Assembly: GCA_044376115.1 (NCBI GenBank) | Contig: JBILLK010000007.1 | Location: 325,743-389,742 of the forward strand | Direction of reading: 5' to 3' | DNA length: 64,000 nucleotides | Origin: Polyangiaceae bacterium | GTDB lineage: Bacteria; Myxococcota_A; Polyangia; Polyangiales; Polyangiaceae | Shown here: one piece after another, positions 9,040 to 17,767 of the stretch | How positions within the stretch are numbered: the first letter of the stretch is position 1 | Layout: each line of letters opens with the position of its first letter | Notes under the pieces: generated by a model | The model's database searches: none | The model's input: the letters and a program-made list of their open reading frames with translations, nothing else | What the model was told of the DNA's origin: nothing | Translations under genes and position numbers: made by a program

Positions 9040-10685
9040 TGTGTGGCTTCGTCGGCGGGGTAGACACGCGCATGAGCCTCGCCAATCTGCAGCGGCTCAC
9101 CCACCGCGGGCCGGACCAGATTGACTTTACGACCCGCGTTTGTGGCGGGCGCCAACTAACCCTCGGTCAGGTGCGCCTGTCGATCGTCGACCGTCGCGAT
9201 ATCCCTTTGCCGATTTCGGTAACGCGTGGAGATCGCTCGGCCACGATCTTGTTCAACGGGGAGATCTACAACTGGCGCGAGCTTCGTGCCGAGCTCGAGC
9301 AAGAGGGCTTCTGCTTTCAGACCGAGACCGACACCGAGGTCGCGCTGGCTGCCTACTTCGCTTGGGGAGAGGCCTGCCTCAACCGCTTCAACGGTATGTT
9401 CGCCTTCGCGATCTGGGACGGGCAACGCTTCTTCTGCGCACGCGATCGTCTTGGCAAGAAGCCTTTCTTCTACCGATCTATCGGTGGGCGTTTCGAGTTC
9501 GCCAGTGAGATAAAGGCGTTCTCCGATTTGGTCTTCGAGGGCAACGAGGTGTTCGACCTGTTCGAGTTCTGCCCGGACGAGCACACACTCTTTCGGGGGA
9601 TCTTCAGTCTTCCTCCGGGGCACCTTCTGGTGTTCGAGCCGGGGCGCGACACTCTCGAGCGTCGGGCCTACTGGAATCTCCCGATCTCGATGGGGCAACG
9701 ACTCAGCGATCCGGAAGAGGCCGTGGACCGATTTGTGGAGCTTCTAAGCGACAGCGTGAGGTTGCGCATGCGTGCGGACGTTCCGGTGACCGCCTTTCTC
9801 TCCGGCGGCCTGGACTCCACGTTGATCGCGGTGTTGGGCAACGTAAAGTCGGCCTTCACCTGTCAGTTCGATGAGTTCAAAACGACCATCGACGAGGAGC
9901 TGTACGCTCGTGATTTCGCCGACCGGATGGGCATCGAGCTCACGGTGGTTCGTCCCACCCGTGCGCAGTTCATGGAGGACCTGCCCAAGCTAGCTTGGCA
10001 TCTGGAGCAACCAACGGGGTCGTTCAGCGTCTTTCCACTCTATCGGCTGGCCAAGGCTGCCCGTGAGGCGGGCTTCGTCGTGACCCTCTCGGGCGAGGGC
10101 TCCGACGAGTTGTTTGGGGGCTATGTCCGTAATGAACTCTTGGCGCGCAAGGCGCTCGACGAGTCGGACCCGAAGGTTGCGAGCTATCGCTCGATGTTGG
10201 AACGCTTCGAGGGCTCTCCGCTGGACCGATTCTGTCGCATGGCTTCGCGTACCGGACTTTCAGGGGCGGCCCTGATGAAGGGCTACTTGATGCAACACTG
10301 GAGCGGTCACAAGTCGGCGATCGAAAATGTCGCGACGATCGAAACTCGACTGTTCTTGCAACCTCTCTTACAGATGGCGGATCGCATGACGATGGCGGTC
10401 TCGCTCGAGGCCCGCAATCCGTTCCTCGACTACCGCTTGGTCGAGTTTGCCTTCACGCTGGACGACTCGCTGCGCATCAACGAAGGTCGCGGTAAGTGGA
10501 TCGTGCGCAAGGCCGCCGAGCGGCTATTGCCCAAGGGGGCGCTCGCGCTCGAGCGCAAGGTCAAGCACGGCTTGCCCACGCCGATCAACGAGTGGCTGCA
10601 AGGGCGACCCAGCTTCGATCGTAAAGTGTGGAACTCGTTTCTTACGGCCGAGTGCATGAAGAGCCTGCTCGGGAGTGTCTCGTGA
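9039..10685 (+). CDS. asnB: Asparagine synthase (glutamine-hydrolysing)-like amidotransferase
   Basis: N-terminal MCG, HRGPD, FNGEIYN, RDRLGKKP, LSGGLDS, SGEGSDELFGGY, DRMTMAVSLEARNPFLD. Confidence 0.93.
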   Translation: MCGFVGGVDTRMSLANLQRLTHRGPDQIDFTTRVCGGRQLTLGQVRLSIVDRRDIPLPISVTRGDRSATILFNGEIYNWRELRAELEQEGFCFQTETDTEVALAAYFAWGEACLNRFNGMFAFAIWDGQRFFCARDRLGKKPFFYRSIGGRFEFASEIKAFSDLVFEGNEVFDLFEFCPDEHTLFRGIFSLPPGHLLVFEPGRDTLERRAYWNLPISMGQRLSDPEEAVDRFVELLSDSVRLRMRADVPVTAFLSGGLDSTLIAVLGNVKSAFTCQFDEFKTTIDEELYARDFADRMGIELTVVRPTRAQFMEDLPKLAWHLEQPTGSFSVFPLYRLAKAAREAGFVVTLSGEGSDELFGGYVRNELLARKALDESDPKVASYRSMLERFEGSPLDRFCRMASRTGLSGAALMKGYLMQHWSGHKSAIENVATIETRLFLQPLLQMADRMTMAVSLEARNPFLDYRLVEFAFTLDDSLRINEGRGKWIVRKAAERLLPKGALALERKVKHGLPTPINEWLQGRPSFDRKVWNSFLTAECMKSLLGSVS

Positions 10686-10750
10686 CAGCTCCTTCATCGA
10701 AGGGTGCTTCGTGTGTTGGCCGAGATCGCACGGCGCGCCGGTGCTGTTTC

Positions 10751-12628
10751 CTAGTGCGACTTCGCGGCTGAGGTTGCGAGCTCTAGCTCGCATCGGAGGT
10801 CTAGATTGTCCGCGCTGCTTTCGATTGCCACGGTGAAGATGCTGGGCTCATGGTTGCGTGCCGGCTTGCACCGCACCGGCTCGCCAGCTTCGGTCTTGGC
10901 ATCAACCACCGCACGCAGCCCCGCACACGAGCTACGTTCCAGGGCGAGGGTTGCCGGAATCGTTTCAGGGAGTGGTACCACTCGACCAAAGCGGTCTGCA
11001 CCCAGGAAGCCGACATGCAGCTCACCGCGCGCGGGGGTTCCGCTCAGCGCGATCCGCGCCGTACAGCCTGTGAAACTGGCTATCAAGAGCCCGCGATCCC
11101 GCCACTCGACCGCGAAGCCGTGGGCGAGGAGCGCGACGACGTCTCGCTCCTCGCCGTAGAACAGGAAGTCGTCAAATCCGGGGGCAAACGAAGCGAGTCG
11201 TGCGAGCTCGCGTGCGCGCACCTCGTCATCCGCGCCTTGAGCGAAGTAGGTCCCGTAGTCGCGTACCGGTGTGTTGGGAGCTGGACGGTCGGGGCGCCGG
11301 GTGACGAGGTGAACGTTGGGCATTGAGTCAAAGCCGTAGGGTGTGATCGCGGAGCGATCGATGGCGTAAAGGTGCCCGACATTCATGATGTAGGCAGCAG
11401 AGGGCGTGCTGGGATCACGACGGCGCTGATATTCCCCTGAGATCTCTACGCGAGCGATGACAGGAAGCAACGTTCGACCTGGAGCTGCCTTGCTTTGGCC
11501 AAGCGCCGCGTAAAGCGGTGCCTCGCTCGCAGCGTGCTCAAGGTAGTGGTGGGCGACCCATCCGTTGGAGGCGGCGGCAAACAACGCGAACAACACTGCG
11601 GCGCTCGCGTGCAGCTTGGCCGGGAGGCGCTCGAGCGGGACGAGCGGGATCAGCGCAAGCACCGCAATGGGGGTGAAGCGCGGTTGGAAGTATTGCCAAA
11701 ATTGTGAGTGCATCGGAGTCAGTGCGACTCCGAGCAGACCAATGAGTGATACCCCCAAGAGGGCACCGACGCGGCGGTCGCGTGGACCGGTCGCGAGCTT
11801 AAGAAACGTAGCGAGCAAGCCAACCGTCGCAAGAACGAGCACAAAGGCGCTGCGCCCCGCAGGTCCTGGTAGAAACCAGCGGCCGAAGCCCTCGAGGCGC
11901 TCCACGAAGGAAAGGTCCAGCCCGGCCTGTGCAGGTGCTTTCGCTGCAGCGTCCTCCACGTTGACCTGAGCCAACAGGGTCACGAGCACGGCTGGAGAAC
12001 AGCCAAGCACCACGCCGCCCACTTCGCGTGCGACGTGCTCGCGAGAGCTGTGAAGCGAGCGCGTGATGAACACCGCAACCGATGCAAACTGCCCCCCGAA
12101 AGGGTGGTACACGCAGGCCGCGAGAATGCATGCGTAGATCGCAAGTTCGCGACGCAACGACCATCGCGCGTGCGTGAGCGATAGTCCGATCGCAATGAAA
12201 CCGAGACCAACGCTCCCGGCGTAGTTGACGAAACCCATGTGACTCGTCCATTGCCAGGCGGCTCCGAGCGCGACCAACCCGAGGGCTGTACGTCGGGGAT
12301 CGAGCGCGCGCGCGATCAACGTCAGCCCAATCGGCATCATCAGAACGCCTAGAAGGGCGGCTGCCGCGTAGGCTGTGCGCCACGGCAGCACAAGCTCGAG
12401 GGCACCGTAAACCAGCGCGAACCCGAGCGCAGTTACGGGGGTGGAACGGGCGAAGTCATGGCTGAAAGCATCGTCGGTTGCGTGAGCAAACAGGTGGGAG
12501 GCGTAAAGATTCTTCGGGCCGTCGTGGCAGGGCACCACTGGAACGCCGAATAGCGCGATGAGCAACGGTATGAGCGCAAGCAAGACCAATGCGCTCGGGC
12601 CTGCCGAGGCGCGGAGACGTGCAATCAC
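10751..12628 (-). CDS. Polytopic membrane protein, possibly a GT-C-fold glycosyltransferase
   Basis: About 11 hydrophobic segments then a soluble C-terminal region. HDGP in the first loop. Overlaps the epimerase stop. Confidence 0.6.
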   Translation of the reverse strand: MIARLRASAGPSALVLLALIPLLIALFGVPVVPCHDGPKNLYASHLFAHATDDAFSHDFARSTPVTALGFALVYGALELVLPWRTAYAAAALLGVLMMPIGLTLIARALDPRRTALGLVALGAAWQWTSHMGFVNYAGSVGLGFIAIGLSLTHARWSLRRELAIYACILAACVYHPFGGQFASVAVFITRSLHSSREHVAREVGGVVLGCSPAVLVTLLAQVNVEDAAAKAPAQAGLDLSFVERLEGFGRWFLPGPAGRSAFVLVLATVGLLATFLKLATGPRDRRVGALLGVSLIGLLGVALTPMHSQFWQYFQPRFTPIAVLALIPLVPLERLPAKLHASAAVLFALFAAASNGWVAHHYLEHAASEAPLYAALGQSKAAPGRTLLPVIARVEISGEYQRRRDPSTPSAAYIMNVGHLYAIDRSAITPYGFDSMPNVHLVTRRPDRPAPNTPVRDYGTYFAQGADDEVRARELARLASFAPGFDDFLFYGEERDVVALLAHGFAVEWRDRGLLIASFTGCTARIALSGTPARGELHVGFLGADRFGRVVPLPETIPATLALERSSCAGLRAVVDAKTEAGEPVRCKPARNHEPSIFTVAIESSADNLDLRCELELATSAAKSH

Positions 12629-13578
12629 GACTCCTCATCCGCACGTAAATGCCACTCAACCTGAGCTCGCAAGCCGTCCTCGAGGGAGGTCTTGGGGCTG
12701 TAGCCAAGCAGTTCTCTTGCGCGAGAAGTGTCAGCGTGGGTGTGGTCCACGTCGCCCTTCAACGCCGCAACATGCTGCAGCTTCAGGGGTGTCCCGAGGA
12801 TGCGCTCGATCAGTGCGAGGGCCTCGAGCACCGTGACGCGCGACCCGCCGCCTACATTGAACGCACCGGTCACGTCGGAGTCGAGTGCGAGGAGGTTGGC
12901 TTGGACAATGTCGTCGACGAACGTAAAGTCACGCGTCTGCTGGCCGTCGCCTCGCACGAGTAGCTTCTCCTCGCGGCGCGCTGCCCGGATCATCTTGTGC
13001 CACGCCATGTCCGGACGCTGCCGAGGGCCGTACGCGGTGAAGTAGCGCAGCGTAGCGGCCGAGAGACCGTGGTTCGTGCGGTAGAGTTCAACCAGATGTT
13101 CCCCAGCGAGCTTGGTTACGCCATAGGGTGAATGCGGGGCGCAGCGTGCTTGCTCAGCCGTCGGTAGCGGCACTGCGTTGCCGTACACCGAGGAGGACGA
13201 GGCATAGATGAAGCGCTCGATGCGCGCGCTCACAGCCGCCTCGAGCAGGCGCTGGGTGGCGACGACGTTGTTGTCGGCGAAATCCCTGAAGGCCGTACCC
13301 CAACTCTGGGTAACCCCGGGCTGGCCAGCGAGATGAAGTATGCCGGTGACGTCTACCAGCAAAGGTGCGAGCGGCGCAGTGCACAAGTCAGCCTCAATCA
13401 GGGTGAAGCGCGGGCTCGTGCGAAGCTTCGCTACGTTTCGCTCCTTGATCGAGCGATCGTAGTATGGCGTGAAGCTGTCGAGCCCGAGCACGTCGAAGCC
13501 AAGCCCGACCAACTGCTCGCTGAGGGCCGCGCCGATAAACCCCGCGGCGCCAGTCACAAGCAACCTTCGACTCTTCAT
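12625..13578 (-). CDS. NAD-dependent nucleotide-sugar epimerase/dehydratase (UDP-glucuronate/glucose 4-epimerase-like)
   Basis: TGAAGFIG, ASSSSVYG, YGVTK, LRYFTAYGPRQRPDM, RDFTFVDD. Confidence 0.93.
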   Translation of the reverse strand: MKSRRLLVTGAAGFIGAALSEQLVGLGFDVLGLDSFTPYYDRSIKERNVAKLRTSPRFTLIEADLCTAPLAPLLVDVTGILHLAGQPGVTQSWGTAFRDFADNNVVATQRLLEAAVSARIERFIYASSSSVYGNAVPLPTAEQARCAPHSPYGVTKLAGEHLVELYRTNHGLSAATLRYFTAYGPRQRPDMAWHKMIRAARREEKLLVRGDGQQTRDFTFVDDIVQANLLALDSDVTGAFNVGGGSRVTVLEALALIERILGTPLKLQHVAALKGDVDHTHADTSRARELLGYSPKTSLEDGLRAQVEWHLRADEES

Positions 13579-13615
13579 CGATCGGATCCTAAGTCAGTCA
13601 AACGCTTGGCCCCGC

Positions 13616-14542
13616 TCACAGCGTTCGGAAGAAGTCGACGATCTGTGTTGTCCATGGATCGGTTGGCCAAACGTGGCCGCGGTCGTCACTGCACCAGATG
13701 GTTCGTTCGCTGCAGCCTTGGTACTCGACGCAAGGGCCGTCGGGGAGGGGCACCGTCTCGTTCGAGCAGCCGTTGGCGGCGATCCAGCCGTCCCGGCCAG
13801 GCACGATGTAGCTGGCGTAGTATTCGTCGGCCGTCCCACCATAGAGCCAAACCGGGTGCGGGGCGCCGCAGGAGTAGTTGAGCGATATCGCCGCCGCGCC
13901 GTCGACGATTCCGTCGCACAAAAGCCGGCTCGACATCATCGCGCCGGAGCTCATACCGTCGGCAAAGGTGCGCGACTCGTCGATGCAGTATTCGCCGGCG
14001 ACACGCTCGAGCACGTGCTGCACGTAACTCACGTCGATCGCCGTCATGTTGTAGTCCCAGCAGCTCGCGAGCGCCTTGGGGTAGACGAAAAGCAGGTCGC
14101 TTTGGCCAGCGGTCACTTGCGGCGCCGTGTTGGAACGCGCGCCTTGCGGTGAGCCGCCGCAGCCGTGGAGGCCGAGCACCACACGCCGCTGAACCGCCGG
14201 ATCGAAGCCTTCGGGGACCTCCACGCAGAAGCTCCGCGCGTTGCCTTCGAAGGTCTCGTCGAAGCAGGTAAACCCTGGGGCGTGGGCTGTGCCGCAGCCG
14301 GCCGAGCCCGGACCCGGCTCACTTCCTCCCTCCCCGCTCCCGCCTCCAACCGCGCTAAGTGCGCCTGCACCGCCGCTGCCAGGGTCTGCACCGCCGCCAC
14401 CGCTATTGCCCGCGCCACCTACGTTCGTCGAACCGGCAGATCCCCCGGTGGCGCTCGCTGCTCCACTTCCGCCGGAGCCTTCGTCGTCACAGCCAACGCT
14501 GAGAACCAGAAGCAAACCAATAAGCCCATTGTAACGATGCAT
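13616..14542 (-). CDS. Lipoprotein alpha/beta-hydrolase (LpqC/PHB-depolymerase/feruloyl-esterase-like)
   Basis: Lipobox LSVGC, Gly/Ser linker, LHGCG, nucleophile motif GMSSG, GTAD, GHVW. Confidence 0.82.
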   Translation of the reverse strand: MHRYNGLIGLLLVLSVGCDDEGSGGSGAASATGGSAGSTNVGGAGNSGGGGADPGSGGAGALSAVGGGSGEGGSEPGPGSAGCGTAHAPGFTCFDETFEGNARSFCVEVPEGFDPAVQRRVVLGLHGCGGSPQGARSNTAPQVTAGQSDLLFVYPKALASCWDYNMTAIDVSYVQHVLERVAGEYCIDESRTFADGMSSGAMMSSRLLCDGIVDGAAAISLNYSCGAPHPVWLYGGTADEYYASYIVPGRDGWIAANGCSNETVPLPDGPCVEYQGCSERTIWCSDDRGHVWPTDPWTTQIVDFFRTL

Positions 14543-14704
14543 CTGGTCGACCGTATCTGCCGTCGGCGCCGACCTCAAGCGCAGCGGAGATTCGAAAGAG
14601 CGCGGCACGGCTCCTTCAGAGCTTCTTCTACAGAAACACCGTCGGCTTTCTCAGCGGTTAGGGAGCTAAACAAAGTGCCGTTCAGAGAGTAAGATCCATC
14701 CCTC

Positions 14705-15247
14705 ATGAGCGACGTGCTCCATATCCCCAAAGGCGCCCGTGTTCGGTTCCCACGCCAAGAGAGCGAGGCTGCGGAGGCTCACGAAAGTTGGCGGGTCACG
14801 CAATCGCTCGCGTCGCGCCGGCCAAGCATCGAAGGGGCCAGCGCATCTGGGCGTGTGCTCGTCACTTTTCGCATGGCGCTAGGGTATCGCGAGACACTGG
14901 CCGCCATCGCGCGCGCTTCGGATCGACCGATGGGGGTGGTGATTGAGCTCATCCTGGATCACCCGCGGGCGCGCCTTCCAGAAGCGTTGCCAAGCGAAAT
15001 CACCAAGCCGCGAGGTCGTCCGAGTGCTCAGGCAGGTGAGCACGCTTTCAATTGCGTGGTCGAACTCCAGGAGCACGGGCAATCGTTCTCCACCCAGCTG
15101 ATCGGCCATTGGGCGGATCAATCGGTGTATCTGTCGCTCGCGCACGTAGAGCGAATCGAGGCGGCAGCGAGGCAAGCCGGGCTCAGCGCCGACCAGACCT
15201 TGGACGCTTTCATCGACAACCATCTCGCCGAGAGTTTGAAGCCTTAA
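14705..15247 (+). CDS. Hypothetical protein, possibly a tandem ribbon-helix-helix DNA-binding protein
   Basis: Fills the gap between real genes. Two strand-helix-helix-like segments (VTFRMALGYRETLAAIARASDRPMGVVIELIL; VYLSLAHVERIEAAARQAGLSADQTLDAFI). Confidence 0.55.
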   Translation: MSDVLHIPKGARVRFPRQESEAAEAHESWRVTQSLASRRPSIEGASASGRVLVTFRMALGYRETLAAIARASDRPMGVVIELILDHPRARLPEALPSEITKPRGRPSAQAGEHAFNCVVELQEHGQSFSTQLIGHWADQSVYLSLAHVERIEAAARQAGLSADQTLDAFIDNHLAESLKP

Positions 15248-15296
15248 GCAGGCCGGTAACTTGCCAATCGGCGCGGTGACGGTGTAAGGGCGCCCG

Positions 15297-16325
15297 ATGG
15301 CAGCGCTATCGCGGTTATTGCTCGGCCTGCCACTGGGGTTGGCGCTCGTGCTAACGCCCGAGCCTTCCCTCGCTGAGGCGGCTTCAAAACGAAGCAAGCC
15401 TCGCGTCGAGAAGGTGACTCCGTCGAAGTCCGTGCTGAGCAAGGCCGCGAAGAAGGGTAGACCCACCCGCCGAGCCAACGAAGGCGCTGCAGCTAAACGG
15501 AACCGCGCTGGCAAACGCAACACAGCGCCTTCGCCGAACTCCCAGCGGCCGAGTCGCGCAGCAGCGCTTACACTACTGGACCGCGCCATCGCCTGCCCGT
15601 CGGACATGGTTGCTGTCGCTGGCCGCGTTTGCGTCGACCGCTTCGAGATGAGCATCGTCGATGCAGCGAGTGGCGCTCCGTGGTCGCCCTTCTACACGCC
15701 CGATCCGGAGCGCGCCCGCGCTGTGTTCGAGTTTTACACGAGCGTCGATGCGCCTCCGACGCTGCTCGAGCATGCGCCGCCTCTGCCCGAACTGCCGCCC
15801 ATTGCGATACTCCCGGTCGCGCGTTCGCTGAGCGGCGTGCTTCCTCAAGGCTATCTGTCCGCAGTACAGGCCGAGTCTGCGTGCGCCCGCGCCGGTAAGC
15901 GTCTCTGCAGCGAGTCGGAGTGGCTGACGGCCTGCCGCGGTGAAGCTCAGCGCGACTTCCCCTACGGCGACAAGTACGAGCGAGGGACGTGCAACGTGTA
16001 CCGCGAGAGTCACCCCGCAGTGCTGCTCCACAACGATGCTTCACGCTTTCACGACGACCCGCGTAACCACTTGGTCGAGAGCGCCGGTCGCCCATTCCTT
16101 CAGCCAACCAGCGAGCAGTCGAGCTGTGCGAGCCGCTGGGGCGACGACGCAGTGATCGACATGGTCGGCAATCTCGATGAATGGGTGTCCGATGCCGAAG
16201 GCGTTTTCCTCGGCGGCTTCTACTCGCGAGGTGCGCGTTCTGGGTGCCTGTCGCGCGTCAGCTCTCACGCGCGCAGCTACTCGGATTACTCCACCGGCGC
16301 TCGCTGCTGCAAAGACCCAGACTGA
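15297..16325 (+). CDS. Secreted FGE-sulfatase (SUMF1/EgtB/PvdO)-domain protein
   Basis: Signal peptide, CPSDMV, CVDRFE, GKRLCSESEW..ACRG, DMVGNLDEW, GARCC. Confidence 0.88.
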   Translation: MAALSRLLLGLPLGLALVLTPEPSLAEAASKRSKPRVEKVTPSKSVLSKAAKKGRPTRRANEGAAAKRNRAGKRNTAPSPNSQRPSRAAALTLLDRAIACPSDMVAVAGRVCVDRFEMSIVDAASGAPWSPFYTPDPERARAVFEFYTSVDAPPTLLEHAPPLPELPPIAILPVARSLSGVLPQGYLSAVQAESACARAGKRLCSESEWLTACRGEAQRDFPYGDKYERGTCNVYRESHPAVLLHNDASRFHDDPRNHLVESAGRPFLQPTSEQSSCASRWGDDAVIDMVGNLDEWVSDAEGVFLGGFYSRGARSGCLSRVSSHARSYSDYSTGARCCKDPD

Positions 16326-16597
16326 ACGCCGACGGGCAGCTCCACCGAAACCACAGTGCCGATGTCCGCCTGGCTGCGCGCCGAGATCTTTCCTCCGTGG
16401 GCCTCGACGATGCGCCGGCACAGCGAGAGCCCGATCCCGCTACCGCTTTGCATTTGACTGCGGTCGGTACGGAAAAATGGCTCGAAGATGCGGTCGAGGT
16501 CAGCCACGTCGATGCCGATCCCGCGGTCCTCGATCTCGATCACCACGGATTGAGCCGATCGCATCGCCCGAACGATGATCGGCTGGCCTGGTTTTGC
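16286..16597 (-). pseudogene. C-terminal HATPase_c remnant of a sensor histidine kinase
   Basis: AKPGQPIIVRAM..IEDRGIGI (G1), RIFEPFFR (F box), GSGIGLSLCRRIVEAHGG (G2). No H or N box, and an in-frame TAG at 16648-16646. Confidence 0.75.
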
Positions 16598-16649
16598 AGG
16601 ATTGTTGCAGTGTGTTGCAGTGCCCCGCCCGCTGGCTCGGGCCGCCTAC

Positions 16650-17330
16650 CTAGCCCGCTTCAGCTTTGCGCAGCTTCTTTTCGAGCTTGCCCTTCACTCG
16701 CTCATGGATGCGCGAGGCGGTGCGCTTGACCACCTTCAGCTCGACGGCAATATCGTCCAGGGTCGCGTCATCGACGTAGTAGCGGCGGACAAAGTAACGC
16801 TCCTCTTCATCGAGCTCGGCGATTGCGGCGTGTAGAGCCTGCTTGCTGGTTTCTCGCTCGAGCTGGTCGTGAGGTGAGGGAACGTGTTCTGCGCGCTGGT
16901 TGAGCAGGGTGCCAACCGCCATCTCGGCAGCCTGACGACGTAACCAGGCGATGGTGCGCAAGCGCGCGTTCTCGGGCGAGTCCTCGAGTGCTTCCTCGAG
17001 CGTGAGGTCGCTCGGCGGCGCCGCGTCAGCGTCGTACTCGCGCAGCCCCCGGTTGATCGCGTTGTGCACCGAGCCGAAGGCCTCGCGCGTGGTGTCGCGA
17101 AGCATCGAGCCGCGAATGCGCTGGTAGGCGAAGCTTTCAAATGTGGTGCCCCGTTCCGGATCGAAGTTGCGTGCTGCGGTAACCGCGGCAGCCGAACCGA
17201 CCGATACGAAGTCCTCGAGGGGAATTGTGCGGAAGCGTCGGGCCATCGAAGCTGCCAAGCCCTCGACGAGATGGGCAGCTGCTTGCACGAGCCGACGCTC
17301 GCGATCCGTTAGGGGCGTGCCTTGACTCAT
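16650..17330 (-). CDS. RNA polymerase sigma factor, FliA/WhiG (sigma28)-like
   Basis: Region 2 EDFVSVG..AARNFDPERGTTFESFAYQRIRGSML; region 4 LDEEERYFVRRYYVDDATLDDIAVELKVVKRTASRIH. Confidence 0.88.
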   Translation of the reverse strand: MSQGTPLTDRERRLVQAAAHLVEGLAASMARRFRTIPLEDFVSVGSAAAVTAARNFDPERGTTFESFAYQRIRGSMLRDTTREAFGSVHNAINRGLREYDADAAPPSDLTLEEALEDSPENARLRTIAWLRRQAAEMAVGTLLNQRAEHVPSPHDQLERETSKQALHAAIAELDEEERYFVRRYYVDDATLDDIAVELKVVKRTASRIHERVKGKLEKKLRKAEAG

Positions 17331-17593
17331 GATTTCTTGGCGATACCGAGGACAGTGCGGAGGTCCGCCGAAGCTTCTTTGCCCGGCGCTACCAAGTCTT
17401 CACTGCGATCCGGAGTTGGGTCGAGACGCACTTGGCGAAGCAGCTGTTGGCCCGCCTTGGTGATCAGCAGCCGATCCAAGAGCTCCTCACGCATGGCTTC
17501 GAACTCAGCCGGGCTGACGCTCGTCTCGAAACCGGCCAAGGCCTCATTCACCAGCTGAGCAGCTAACTCTTCGTCGCTCGCAGGGTCACTCAT
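17327..17593 (-). CDS. Small hypothetical protein translationally coupled to the sigma factor
   Basis: ATGA overlap at 17327-17330; acidic, helical-looking sequence. Confidence 0.65.
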   Translation of the reverse strand: MSDPASDEELAAQLVNEALAGFETSVSPAEFEAMREELLDRLLITKAGQQLLRQVRLDPTPDRSEDLVAPGKEASADLRTVLGIAKKS

Positions 17594-17767
17594 GATGGGA
17601 GTAAAAACGATAGCACGCATAGGTCCTCCACTTCAGTAGTCGTGAGGGCGCCGCAAACATGGACAGACTTTCCTTCGCGACCTCAAAATCGAGCCGAGCC
17701 CAGCTGGTTGCAGAGGATGATTCTTGTTGCTGCATCGGCGATCGGGTGCATAAGACGAGTCGTTCTC

